DNA from: Aeromicrobium sp.
GTDB taxonomy: Bacteria; Actinomycetota; Actinomycetes; Propionibacteriales; Nocardioidaceae
NCBI GenBank assembly: GCA_046598255.1
Contig: JBKJIW010000014.1
Span: 36,856 to 100,855, forward strand
Length of the DNA stretch: 64,000 nucleotides
Direction: 5' to 3'
Shown here: positions 28,987 to 40,932 of the stretch, piece after piece
Layout: every line of letters begins with the position of its first letter
Position numbering within the stretch: position 1 is the first letter of the stretch
The notes under the pieces: model-generated
The model's input: the letters and a program-made list of their open reading frames with translations, nothing else
What the model was told of the DNA's origin: nothing
Databases searched by the model: none
Position numbers and translations under genes: made by a program

Positions 28987-30513
28987 GTGAGGACATCCGG
29001 TCAACGTGCCCTGCGGGCGCTGGGTGCCGTCGGTCGCCGCTGGCGCAATCGCGACAGCCCCCTGCTGAGCGTCGTGATCCCCGTCTACAACGCGGCCGCT
29101 CTCATCGAGGAGTCGCTGCAGTCGGTCCTCGACCAGCACTACCGCAACGTGGAGATCGTGGTCGTCGACGACGGCTCTACCGACGACAGCCTCGCGGTGG
29201 TGCGGGCCTTCGCCGCGACCCGGCCACGGGTGACGGTGCTGACGCAGGCGAACGGCGGGGTGGGCGTCGCGCGCCGCACCGGCACCGAGGCGGCGACCGG
29301 CGAGTTCCTCACCTTCGTCGACGCCGACGACACCGTGACGCGCAGCGGCATCCAGACCGCGATGGACACCCTCCGGCGCAGTGGCTCCGACGTGTCCGTG
29401 ATGCCCTACCAGCGGCAGGAGGGCGATGTCATCCGACCGGCAGCACCCTGGATCCGCGCCCTGCACGCCACTCCGGCCGAAGGGGTGGTCCTCGCCGAGC
29501 GACCGGACGTGCTCCTGAGCGCGATCCCCGGCGGCAAGATATTCCGCCGCAGCTTCTGGGACGAGCACGGATTCGTCTACCCGACCGTGCTCCTGGCCGG
29601 CGATCAGCGGGTGGCGGCCGAGGCCTTCCTGAAGGCGCGGACCCTCGACATCACCGGCGACGTCGGCTACACGTGGCGACGCATGGCGACGTCGATCTCG
29701 CAGGGGCACGTCACGGCGGCAGCGGTCCACGCACGTCAGGACGCGATGGACGCGGTGCTCGAGATCCTCGCCCCGCTGCCCTCGGCGCGCGATGAACGCA
29801 TCCTGCAGTACCTGCGGCACAACATCCCCAACTCGCTGCTGAAGCTCGAACGGGCCGACGACGAGTACCTCGACGCACTGATGGAGCGGGTGCCGCAGAT
29901 CGTCGCACTGGCACCGCCCGAGCGGTACGCCGCCGAGGTGCCCGCGCAGTACCGCGTGCTCAACGCCCTCCTGGCCGCCGGCGACCGGGCTGCCGTCTGG
30001 CGCTTCGTCAAGGCCGAGGGCATGCAGCCCGAGATGCATCCGTCGGGCGACGAGCCGGCCGGCTTCTCGGTGCGTCTCCCCGGCTGGCAGGTCGACGACG
30101 TGCCTCCCGAGCTGTACGTCCTGACCGCGGAGCAGACGTCCGCCCGGGCCGTCGTCCGGTCGGCGCACCACGACGGCCCGGACCTGGTGCTCGACGTCGC
30201 GGCCTGGTTCGCCAACGTCGAGCTGGTCGCGCCGTCGTTGACCGTCAAGACCGACGGCGACCTCGTCGACGTCCTACCCGGGGCGGAGCCGCACGTCGTC
30301 ACGTCACGTCAGGGGGCGCAGCGGCGCTACGCGGGCTCCGGCTGGACCGTGACGGTGCGTGGCGCGGCGCGGCGTGCGCCGACTGCCGTGACCGTGACGC
30401 TCAAGGACGGGCCACGCTCCGGCACCGTGACCGCCCGCATCCCTCTCCCCCGCCGAATCCCTGTGACCCACCGCACAGGTGATGCCTCTGGCGGCGGACC
30501 GCTTCGGGGATAG
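28987..30513 (+). CDS. Glycosyltransferase family 2
   Basis: SVVIPVYN, VDDGSTD and FVDADD motifs. Confidence 0.88.
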   Translation: MRTSGQRALRALGAVGRRWRNRDSPLLSVVIPVYNAAALIEESLQSVLDQHYRNVEIVVVDDGSTDDSLAVVRAFAATRPRVTVLTQANGGVGVARRTGTEAATGEFLTFVDADDTVTRSGIQTAMDTLRRSGSDVSVMPYQRQEGDVIRPAAPWIRALHATPAEGVVLAERPDVLLSAIPGGKIFRRSFWDEHGFVYPTVLLAGDQRVAAEAFLKARTLDITGDVGYTWRRMATSISQGHVTAAAVHARQDAMDAVLEILAPLPSARDERILQYLRHNIPNSLLKLERADDEYLDALMERVPQIVALAPPERYAAEVPAQYRVLNALLAAGDRAAVWRFVKAEGMQPEMHPSGDEPAGFSVRLPGWQVDDVPPELYVLTAEQTSARAVVRSAHHDGPDLVLDVAAWFANVELVAPSLTVKTDGDLVDVLPGAEPHVVTSRQGAQRRYAGSGWTVTVRGAARRAPTAVTVTLKDGPRSGTVTARIPLPRRIPVTHRTGDASGGGPLRG

Positions 30514-30530
30514 ACTCGGTACGTCAAATT

Positions 30531-30556
30531 GTCTGGTACCCGTCAGGGACTGGAAC
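30531..30556 (+). promoter_or_regulatory. Candidate pan-motif-like leader hairpin
   Basis: GTCTGGTACCC-GTCA-GGGACTGGAAC stem with one bulged A per strand, between the -10 TAGACT (30511) and the pan operon start. Confidence 0.5.
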
Positions 30557-30582
30557 GCGGTGACACGAAAGAAGGCATCACC

Positions 30583-31485
30583 ATGTCGCGTCTTTGCATG
30601 GGCGTCGTCGGAGCTGGCAAGGTCGGCTCCGCGCTGGCCGCCCAGTTCCGCCTCGCCGGATATCCGCTCGTCGGCGTCAGCGGTCGGTCCGAGACCAGCC
30701 GGCTGCGCATCGACACGGTGCTGCCCGGGGTGCCGGTGCTCGACCCGGCCGAGATCGCCGCGGCCGCCGACATCCTGGTGCTCGCAGTCCCGGACGACAG
30801 CCTGATCGCCGTCGCCGAGGAGCTGGCATCCCATGGTGCGGTGCGCCCCGGCCAGTACGTCCTGCACACCAGCGGTCGCCACGGGCTCGACGCCCTCGCC
30901 GCGCTCACCCGTCTGGGCGCCCGGCCGATCGCCTTCCACCCCGCCATGACCTTCACGGGCACGTCTGCCGACCTGGCGCGGGGACCGGTCTTCGGGCTCA
31001 CCGCCGCCGCCCCCGAGCGTCCGCTCGCCGAGGAGCTTGTCGCGGCCCTGCACGGCGTGCCGATGTGGGTCGCCGAGTCCGATCGAGCGCTCTACCACGC
31101 AGCTCTCGCCCATGGCGCCAACCACCTCGTGACCCTCGTCGCCCAGTCGATGGACCTGCTCCGCACGGCGGGAGCGTCGGACCCGGCCGCCGTCCTGCGT
31201 CCGCTCCTGACGGCGTCTCTCGACAACGTCCTCGCGTTCGGCGACGCGGCGCTCACGGGGCCCGTCGTCCGCGGTGACGTCACGACGATTCGCGCGCACG
31301 TCGACGCCCTGGCCGCGGCCGACATCGACGACGCGACGGTCGACGCCTACCTCGAGCTCGCCCGTGCCACGGCGGGTCGCGCGGAGGCCGATCACCGCAT
31401 CGACGCGGCGACCGCGAGCACGGTCCGGCAGGTGCTCGACGAGGCCGACTGGGACACCATGGCCCACATCGCCGCTGGCATCTGA
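30583..31485 (+). CDS. Rossmann-like + DUF2520 oxidoreductase (PanG-type ketopantoate reductase candidate)
   Basis: GAGKVG, LAVPDD, HTSG, HPAMTF, YHAAL and LTGPVVRGD motifs; directly upstream of panC. Confidence 0.85.
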   Translation: MSRLCMGVVGAGKVGSALAAQFRLAGYPLVGVSGRSETSRLRIDTVLPGVPVLDPAEIAAAADILVLAVPDDSLIAVAEELASHGAVRPGQYVLHTSGRHGLDALAALTRLGARPIAFHPAMTFTGTSADLARGPVFGLTAAAPERPLAEELVAALHGVPMWVAESDRALYHAALAHGANHLVTLVAQSMDLLRTAGASDPAAVLRPLLTASLDNVLAFGDAALTGPVVRGDVTTIRAHVDALAAADIDDATVDAYLELARATAGRAEADHRIDAATASTVRQVLDEADWDTMAHIAAGI

Positions 31486-31487
31486 GC

Positions 31488-32351
31488 ATGTCCGCACCGG
31501 TCATCGCGCGGACCCGCGCCGAGCTGCTCACCGCCCGCGGCAGCTCGACGGTCGCCTTCGTCCCCACGATGGGCGCCCTTCACGACGGTCACGTGCAGCT
31601 GCTCGAGCACGCCCGGCCGCTGGGGGAGACCCTCGTGGCGTCGATCTTCGTCAACCCCACCCAGTTCGCGCCCGGCGAGGACTTCGAGGACTACCCCCGG
31701 ACGTTCGACGCCGATCTCGAGCGGTGTGCCGAGGCGGGCGTCGACGTCGTGTTCGCGCCGGCCGTCCCCACGATGTACCCGTCGGGGCTCGTCGACACCG
31801 TGACGGTCGACCCGGGCCCCCTCGGCACGATCCTCGAGGGTGCGTCGAGGCCGACCCACTTCCGGGGGGTGCTGACCGTCGTCGCCAAGCTCTTCGGCCT
31901 CGTGCGCCCCGACGTGGCGGTGTTCGGCGAGAAGGACTACCAGCAGCTGACCCTGATCACCCAGATGGCGCGCGAGCTGGCCCTCGGCGTCGAGGTCGTC
32001 GGATGCCCGACCGTCCGGGAGGCCGACGGTCTCGCGATGAGCTCGCGCAACCGCTACCTCGGCCCCGCGGAGCGCCAGACGGCCGCGGCGCTGTCGGCGG
32101 CACTGAGGGCGGGCGTCGACGCCGCTCCCGGAGGTCCCGACGCGGTGCTCGTAGCGGCGCACGCCGTGCTCGATCCCGCCGCCGTCGACCTCGACTACCT
32201 CGTCCTGACCGATCCGGAGCTCGGCGCCGCCGTGCCCGGCGCCGAGGCGCGGCTGCTGGTGGCAGCGCGCGTCGGCAAGCCCCGACTCCTCGACAACGTC
32301 GGCCTGACCCTGGGCCCAGCTCCCCGAAGACCCCCCCTGGAGAAGAAGTGA
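31488..32351 (+). CDS. panC: Pantoate-beta-alanine ligase
   Basis: [25 protein letters not shown] and MSSRN motifs. Confidence 0.96.
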   Translation: MSAPVIARTRAELLTARGSSTVAFVPTMGALHDGHVQLLEHARPLGETLVASIFVNPTQFAPGEDFEDYPRTFDADLERCAEAGVDVVFAPAVPTMYPSGLVDTVTVDPGPLGTILEGASRPTHFRGVLTVVAKLFGLVRPDVAVFGEKDYQQLTLITQMARELALGVEVVGCPTVREADGLAMSSRNRYLGPAERQTAAALSAALRAGVDAAPGGPDAVLVAAHAVLDPAAVDLDYLVLTDPELGAAVPGAEARLLVAARVGKPRLLDNVGLTLGPAPRRPPLEKK

Positions 32352-32353
32352 CC

Positions 32354-32788
32354 ATGATCCGCACGATGATGAAGTCCAAGATCCACCGCGCCACCGTGAC
32401 GCAGGCTGACCTGCACTACGTCGGCTCGGTCACGGTCGACCTCGACCTGCTCGATGCTGCCAACCTGCTGCCCGGCGAGCTCGTCCACATCGTCGACATC
32501 GACAACGGCAACCGTCTGGAGACGTACACGATCGCCGGCGAGCGGGGCTCGGGCGTCATCGGCATCAACGGTGCCGCGGCACGGCTCGTCCACCCGGGCG
32601 ACCTGGTCATCCTGATCGCGTACGCGCAGCTGGAGGACGCCGAGGCCCGCGAGTTCCAGCCGAACGTCGTGTTCGTCGACGCCGACAACCGCATCATCGG
32701 CACCGGCAACGACCCGGCCGAGGCGTTGCCCGGCACGGGCCTGGTCCGCGGTGACGTGATCGACAACCCGTACGCCGCACATCGATGA
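32354..32788 (+). CDS. panD: Aspartate 1-decarboxylase
   Basis: [14 protein letters not shown] cleavage site and NGAAA motifs. Confidence 0.96.
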   Translation: MIRTMMKSKIHRATVTQADLHYVGSVTVDLDLLDAANLLPGELVHIVDIDNGNRLETYTIAGERGSGVIGINGAAARLVHPGDLVILIAYAQLEDAEAREFQPNVVFVDADNRIIGTGNDPAEALPGTGLVRGDVIDNPYAAHR

Positions 32789-32798
32789 GCGTCGCCCG

Positions 32799-33578
32799 AT
32801 GATCCTGCTCTGTCTCGACGTCAGCAACAGCCACACCACGATCGGGGCCTTCGCCGGCGACCGGCTGCTGGAGCACTGGCAGGTGTCGTCCGACGAGCGT
32901 CGCACGGCCGACGAGTGGCAGGTGCTGATCACGGGCCTCACAGCGCGCGCGGGCATCGACGCCATCGACGCCGTCAGCATGTGCTGCACGGTGCCGACGG
33001 TCCTCGTCGAGCTGCGGGCGATGCAGGCCCGCTACTACGCCGACCTGCCGGTCGCGATCGTCGGGCCCGGGGTCAAGACCGGCATCCCGATCCACACCGA
33101 CAACCCGCGCGAGGTGGGCGCCGACCGCATCGTCAACGCCCTGGCGGCGGCGGAGCTCTACGGTGGCCCGGCCGTCGTGGTCGACCTCAACGGCACCGCC
33201 ACGATCTTCGACGTCGTCGACAGCGACAACCGCTACGTCGGGGGAGCGATCGCTCCGGGAGTCGAGCTGTCGCTCGAGGCGCTGGCCCGCCGAGGTGCCC
33301 AGCTGCGGAGCGTCGAGCTGGCGGTGCCGCGCGACGTCATCGGCAAGAACACCGTCGAGGCGCTGCAGTCGGGGCTGGTCTTCGGCTTCGCTGGCCTGGT
33401 CGACGGCATCGTCAACCGCATCATCGACTCGCTCGACGTCGATCCCGACCACGTGACCGTCATCGCCACCGGCTCGTTCCCGGAGTCGGTCGTCGACCAC
33501 TGCGACACCATCACGACCCGGGACCCGCACCTGACGCTGACCGGCCTGCGCCTCATCCACGACAAGAACCACGGCTGA
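32799..33578 (+). CDS. coaX: Type III pantothenate kinase
   Basis: DVSNSHT, EVGADR, GTAT and GGAIAPG motifs. Confidence 0.92.
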   Translation: MILLCLDVSNSHTTIGAFAGDRLLEHWQVSSDERRTADEWQVLITGLTARAGIDAIDAVSMCCTVPTVLVELRAMQARYYADLPVAIVGPGVKTGIPIHTDNPREVGADRIVNALAAAELYGGPAVVVDLNGTATIFDVVDSDNRYVGGAIAPGVELSLEALARRGAQLRSVELAVPRDVIGKNTVEALQSGLVFGFAGLVDGIVNRIIDSLDVDPDHVTVIATGSFPESVVDHCDTITTRDPHLTLTGLRLIHDKNHG

Positions 33579-33589
33579 CCCCACGCCAC

Positions 33590-33650
33590 CCGGGGGAGGT
33601 GGATCTGCCACTCCATTCGCGGGAATGAGGTGGCAGATCCACCTCCCCGG
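33590..33650. repeat. Long intergenic inverted repeat
   Basis: 19-bp perfect arms GGGGAGGTGGATCTGCCAC (33593-33611) and its complement (33630-33648), plus an inner CATTC/GAATG pair. Confidence 0.85.
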
Positions 33651-33673
33651 AGACGGCACTAGGCTTGACCCTC

Positions 33674-35197
33674 GTGAGCGACGCGACGAACACCCAGGCG
33701 ACCGAGGACGATCTTCCCGAGCAGATGCGGGTGCGCCTCGACAAGCGTCAGCAGGTCATCGACCGTGGCGAGGAGCCCTACCCGGTCGTGGTCGGACGCA
33801 CCCACACGATCCCCGAGATCCTCGCGGCGTACGACGCGGAGGCCCTCGGCCCCGACACCCAGACCGGTGACGTCGTCACCGTCGCTGGCCGCGTCATCTT
33901 CGTCCGTGGCACCGGCAAGCTCGTGTTCGCCGCGCTCCGTTCGGGCGACGGCACCCCGCTGCAGGCCATGGTCTCGCTCGACGGCGTGGGCGAGGAGGGT
34001 CTTGCGACGTTCAAGTCGACCGTCGACATCGGCGATCACCTCGCGGTCACCGGTGAGGTCATCACGAGCAAGCGCGGCGAGCTGTCGGTCATGGCCACGG
34101 CGTGGCAGCTCGCGGCCAAGACCGTCCGGCCGCTGCCCAACGAGCACGCGCCGCTCTCGGACGAGGCTCGCAGCCGCATGCGGTACGTCGACCTGATCGT
34201 GCGGCCGGAGGCCCGTGACAACGTCCGGGTCAAGGCCAAGGTCATGCAGTCGCTGCGGGCGACGCTCGACCGGCTCGGCTACGTCGAGGTCGAGACGCCG
34301 GTGCTGCAGCACACCAACGGCGGTGCCGCGGCCCGCCCCTTCCGCACCCACGTCAACGCGTACGACGAGCCGGCGCTGCTGCGCATCGCCCTCGAGCTGC
34401 ACCTCAAGCGGGCCCTGGTCGGTGGCATCGACAAGGTCTACGAGATGGCCAAGACGTTCCGCAACGAGGGCGTGGACAACACCCACAACGTGGAGTTCCT
34501 CATGCTCGAGGCCTATGAGGCGTACGGCTCGTACGACACGATGGCCGAGCTGACCCGCGAGCTCGTGATCGATGCCGCCCGCTCGGTGGGCAAGACGGTC
34601 GTGACCGGTCGGGACGGCTCGACGATCGACCTGGAGTCCGAGTGGCGTCAAGCGACCGTGCACGGTCTGGTCAGCGAGGCGGTGGGCCGCGCGGTCGACA
34701 TCGACACCACGACCGACGAACTCCTGGCCCTGGCGGCGCATCACGAGGTGGCGCTCCGTGAGGGCTGGGACGCCGGCGAGATCGTGCTGGAGCTCTACGA
34801 GAAGCTCGTCGAGCACACCCTGATCCAGCCGACCTTCGTGCGGGACTACCCGGAGTCCGTGCGCCCCCTGGCCAAGAAGCACCGCACCAAGCCTGGCCTG
34901 GTCGAGGCCTGGGACCTCATCATCAACGGCGTCGAGCTGGCCCCGGCCTACTCCGAGCTCAACGACCCGGTCATCCAGCGTGACCGGCTCGAGGAGCAGG
35001 CGCGGCAGGCGGCGGCCGGCAACCCCGAAGCCAACGACGTCGACGAGGACTTCCTCCGGGCCCTCGAGTTCGGCATGCCCCCGGCCGGTGGCCTCGGCTT
35101 CGGAGTCGACCGCCTGGTGATGCTGCTGCAGGGCATCGGGATCCGCGACGCGATTCTCTTCCCGACGACGAGGAACGAGTCGGACGGGAAGCAGTGA
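33674..35197 (+). CDS. lysS: Lysine-tRNA ligase (class II)
   Basis: GGAAARPF, LRIALEL, FRNEG, YSELNDP and GMPPAGGLGFGVDRL motifs. Confidence 0.96.
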   Translation: MSDATNTQATEDDLPEQMRVRLDKRQQVIDRGEEPYPVVVGRTHTIPEILAAYDAEALGPDTQTGDVVTVAGRVIFVRGTGKLVFAALRSGDGTPLQAMVSLDGVGEEGLATFKSTVDIGDHLAVTGEVITSKRGELSVMATAWQLAAKTVRPLPNEHAPLSDEARSRMRYVDLIVRPEARDNVRVKAKVMQSLRATLDRLGYVEVETPVLQHTNGGAAARPFRTHVNAYDEPALLRIALELHLKRALVGGIDKVYEMAKTFRNEGVDNTHNVEFLMLEAYEAYGSYDTMAELTRELVIDAARSVGKTVVTGRDGSTIDLESEWRQATVHGLVSEAVGRAVDIDTTTDELLALAAHHEVALREGWDAGEIVLELYEKLVEHTLIQPTFVRDYPESVRPLAKKHRTKPGLVEAWDLIINGVELAPAYSELNDPVIQRDRLEEQARQAAAGNPEANDVDEDFLRALEFGMPPAGGLGFGVDRLVMLLQGIGIRDAILFPTTRNESDGKQ

Positions 35198-35241
35198 CGA
35201 GTCCGACGACGAGGGCTGAATCAGCGATCAGGGGCCGATGG

Positions 35242-35258
35242 TTACGCCGACGGCGAAC
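35242..35258 (+). promoter_or_regulatory. ClgR-type operator upstream of clpC
   Basis: TTACGC-N5-GCGAAC; clpC is an established ClgR target. Confidence 0.65.
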
Positions 35259-35261
35259 GAG

Positions 35262-35287
35262 GGAACGCTCAGCGGCCAGCGACGGTT
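35262..35287 (+). promoter_or_regulatory. SigH/SigR-type promoter for clpC
   Basis: GGAAC-N18-GTT. Confidence 0.65.
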
Positions 35288-35367
35288 GGGTTAAGGGAAT
35301 GGACTTGGTGCGTGCGAATTTCCATACGGGCCTAAACTGATCAAACAGTCCAACAAGAGGGGACGCC

Positions 35368-37887
<2,520 letters not shown>

Positions 37888-37909
37888 TCCCGATCAGCTC
37901 GGGCAGACA

Positions 37910-37943
37910 AGGCCCCCACCGCTCCCCGGAGCGGCGGGGGCCT
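37910..37943. terminator. GC-rich hairpin between convergent clpC and mutY
   Basis: AGGCCCCC-A-CCGCTCC / GGAGCGG-C-GGGGGCCT. Confidence 0.7.
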
Positions 37944-37945
37944 CG

Positions 37946-38845
37946 TCACGTCCCGGGCAGTGCGTACGTGTCCGCGTCCAACGGCTCGACGAGGCCGTCG
38001 GCCACCAGGCCGTCCAGGCAGCGCTCCCGCTGCATCGCGTCGGGCCAGACGGCGTCCAACCGCGCCTTCGGGACGGCGCCGTCCGCCTCTCGCAGGACCG
38101 CCATGAGGCGGCCGCGGCACTGACGGTCGGTGCCGTCCCACGCCTGAGCCCGCCGCTGCGGTCCGTCGTGGGCGGGGTGGCCGGCGGCTCGCCAACGGCA
38201 CGCCCACGCGACGGGACAGGCCTCGCACCGCGGCGAGCGTGCCGTGCAGACGAGGGCACCCAGCTCCATCGTGGCGGCGGCCCACACGTGCGCGTCCTCG
38301 TCAGGCAGCAGCGACGTGGCCAGCTGGCGCTCGGCTGCTGTGACGGCGTTGGCCGGGTACTCGACGCCGCTCACGATCCGGGCGAACACGCGACGGATGT
38401 TGGTGTCCATCACGACAGCACGACCACCGTGGGCGAACGAGGTAATAGCGGCGGCGGTGTAGTCGCCGACCCCCGGCAGTGCGAGCAGCTCGTCGCGCGA
38501 GGTCGGGACGATGCCACCGTGGCGATCGACGATGGCGGTGGCGGCGGCGTGCAGCCTCAGGGCACGTCGCGGATAGCCGAGGCGTCCCCATGCTCGGACG
38601 GCCTCCCCGACCGGTTCGCCGGCCAGGGCGGCGGGGCTCGGCCACCGCTCGACCCAGGCCTCGTAGATCGGTAGCACGCGCGACACCGGGGTCTGCTGCA
38701 GCATGAACTCCGAGACCATGACGGCCCACGGAGACGCGTCACGGCGCCAGGGCAGGTCGCGGGCCGCATGGTCGAACCAGCCGAAGACGTCCTGGTGCAG
38801 GCGGGCCAGGTCGGCGGGCGACAGGGCAGGGGTCGAGGACGTCAT
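37946..38845 (-). CDS. mutY: A/G-specific adenine glycosylase
   Basis: SEFMLQQTP, LGYPRRA, HhH LPGVGDYTA and FeS motif CTARSPRCEACPVAWAC. Confidence 0.94.
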   Translation of the reverse strand: MTSSTPALSPADLARLHQDVFGWFDHAARDLPWRRDASPWAVMVSEFMLQQTPVSRVLPIYEAWVERWPSPAALAGEPVGEAVRAWGRLGYPRRALRLHAAATAIVDRHGGIVPTSRDELLALPGVGDYTAAAITSFAHGGRAVVMDTNIRRVFARIVSGVEYPANAVTAAERQLATSLLPDEDAHVWAAATMELGALVCTARSPRCEACPVAWACRWRAAGHPAHDGPQRRAQAWDGTDRQCRGRLMAVLREADGAVPKARLDAVWPDAMQRERCLDGLVADGLVEPLDADTYALPGT

Positions 38846-38891
38846 GGCGCGTCGATCTTCCCATGCGTGCCGTGCCGCATATCGTGTGACC

Positions 38892-39683
38892 GTGAGTCAG
38901 CGCCGGTTGCCAGCAGAGATCTACTGGCGCCGTCGGCTCCTCCTGCTGGCCCTCGTGATCGCGCTGGTCTGGATCGTCCTGCAGGTGACGGGCGATGATG
39001 GCGACGCCCAGGAGAAGGCGTCGACCACGCCGCGGCAGACCGTGAAGTCGACTCCCACGGCGAGCCCGACGCCGACGGCCCCTCCCGTGCCGGAGGTGCA
39101 GGTCAACGGCATCGTCGACGTGGCGCTGACGACGGCCACGACGGCGTGCGATCCGGAGAAGATCCGGATCACCCCGACGGTCAAGGGCGGACAGCTGACC
39201 AAGGGCCCGGTCGACATCGGTCTCGTGATCAGCTCGACCGACACGGCCGCCTGCACGCTGCAGCCGGACGACGCGGACGCCATCGCCGTCATCAGCGCCA
39301 ACGGCACCCCCATCTGGGACTCGACGGTCTGCAAGTCGTCCCTGCTCTCGGTGCCGGTCGAGGTCTCACCGCAGTGGGCGACCCTGGCGACGGTGCAGTG
39401 GACCGGCCGGGGCTCCGGTGCCAGCTGCCTGTCCAGTGAGGGCTACGCGACCCCCGGCAAGTACACGCTGCAGATCGGCACGTTGGGCGGCGAGCCCGGC
39501 AAGACGACGTTCACGCTGGATCCTCGACCTGAGCCGGTCGCGACGACTCCGCCGCCGGCTCCAGCCACACCCGATCCGGCGGCGGTCCCGGATCCGGCGG
39601 CGACGCCTGACCCGGCTGCGGTGCCTGCCCCGGCCGCGACCCCGGGTTCAGATGTCCCGGCGCCGTTGCCGGAACCGGAGTGA
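38892..39683 (+). CDS. Conserved membrane-anchored exported protein with Pro/Ala-rich tail
   Basis: LPAEIYWRRR followed by a TM helix, typical of the gene beside disA in actinobacteria. Confidence 0.75.
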   Translation: MSQRRLPAEIYWRRRLLLLALVIALVWIVLQVTGDDGDAQEKASTTPRQTVKSTPTASPTPTAPPVPEVQVNGIVDVALTTATTACDPEKIRITPTVKGGQLTKGPVDIGLVISSTDTAACTLQPDDADAIAVISANGTPIWDSTVCKSSLLSVPVEVSPQWATLATVQWTGRGSGASCLSSEGYATPGKYTLQIGTLGGEPGKTTFTLDPRPEPVATTPPPAPATPDPAAVPDPAATPDPAAVPAPAATPGSDVPAPLPEPE

Positions 39684-39792
39684 GATCAAACGAGCCCGTG
39701 GTCGCTCGTCCGCACTCGGTGCGCGAGCACGGCACGGGAGCTCGACGACGATCGTGCGTCACCTGCGTAGCCGGCCTCGTCGTGTGGTCGGG

Positions 39793-40893
39793 CTAGACGT
39801 ACCGCTCGAGGATGCTGGACTCGGCGAGGCGGGACAGGCCCTCGCGGACGCCGCGGGCGCGCAGGTCACCCACGCCGTCGACGTTCTGGAGGTCGTCGAT
39901 GCTGGCGGCCAGCAGCTTCTGCAGGGAACCGAAGTGCTCGATGAGACCCTCGACGACCGGGATCGGCAGGCGGGGGATGCGGGCCAGCAGGCGGTAACCG
40001 CGCGGCGCCAGCGGTCCGTCGAGGGTCTCCTCGGTGCCGATGCGCAGCGCACGGGCGACGCCGCCGAGGTCGACCAGGTCGGTCGACTCGATCGCAGCGA
40101 GCTCGGCGAGGACAGCCTCGAGGGAGCGGCCGCGACGGCCGGTGGGCATGTAGTCGCGGATGATCAGCTCGCGCTCGGCATCGACGCCGGCGATGAGCTC
40201 TTCGAGCTGAAGTGCGAGCAGGCGTCCGTCGGAGCCCAGCTCGAGGACGTAGGTGTCGATCTCTCCGGCGATACGGCTGACCATCTCGAGCCGCTGGGCG
40301 ACCGCCGAGACGTCGCGGACGGTGACGAGGTCCTCGATCTCGAGTGCCGAGAGCGCGTCGGACACCTCGTCGAGCCGGTTGCGATAGCGCTCGAGGGTCT
40401 GGAGGGCCTGGTTGGCGCGACCGAGCACCGCGCCGGTGTCCTCGAGCACGTGGCGCAGGTCCTCGAGGTAGAGCGCGATGATGTGCATCGACGCCGACAC
40501 GGAGATGACGGGCACGCCGGTCTGCCGGGCGACCCGGTCGGCCGTGCGGTGGCGGGTGCCGGTCTCGGCCGTCGCGATGGAAGGGTCGGGCATCAGGTGC
40601 ACCCCGGCCTTGACGATGCGGCTCGCGTCCTTGTCGAGGACGATCGCGCCGTCCATCTTGGCCAGCTCGCGCAGGCCGGTCGCGGTGAACGGGACGTCGA
40701 GGGCGAAGCCGCCGGTCGAGATGGCCTCGATGCTCTTGTCGTGGCCGACCACGATCAGGGCGCCGGTGCGTCCGCGCAGGATGCGTTCGAGCCCTTCGCG
40801 CAGGGCGGTGCCGGGTGCGACCGACGACAGAGTCGAGCGCATGCGCGTGGCCGCGTCGAGTGTCGCCGCCTGTCGCTCAGCCGCTGATGCCAT
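39793..40893 (-). CDS. disA: DNA integrity scanning diadenylate cyclase
   Basis: DGA and TGTRHRTA motifs, C-terminal HhH; downstream of radA. Confidence 0.96.
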   Translation of the reverse strand: MASAAERQAATLDAATRMRSTLSSVAPGTALREGLERILRGRTGALIVVGHDKSIEAISTGGFALDVPFTATGLRELAKMDGAIVLDKDASRIVKAGVHLMPDPSIATAETGTRHRTADRVARQTGVPVISVSASMHIIALYLEDLRHVLEDTGAVLGRANQALQTLERYRNRLDEVSDALSALEIEDLVTVRDVSAVAQRLEMVSRIAGEIDTYVLELGSDGRLLALQLEELIAGVDAERELIIRDYMPTGRRGRSLEAVLAELAAIESTDLVDLGGVARALRIGTEETLDGPLAPRGYRLLARIPRLPIPVVEGLIEHFGSLQKLLAASIDDLQNVDGVGDLRARGVREGLSRLAESSILERYV

Positions 40894-40932
40894 CGCAGTA
40901 CCTTTCACGTCCCGGACCCCCACAGATGCGGG

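Noticed and set aside
35194-35340. 48-codon GTG ORF overlapping the lysS stop
   Set aside because: It is not Lsr2-like, has poor codon usage and runs over the clpC promoter elements.
39540-39680. Degenerate repeats encoding ATPDPAAVP
   Set aside because: Ordinary Pro/Ala-rich tail.
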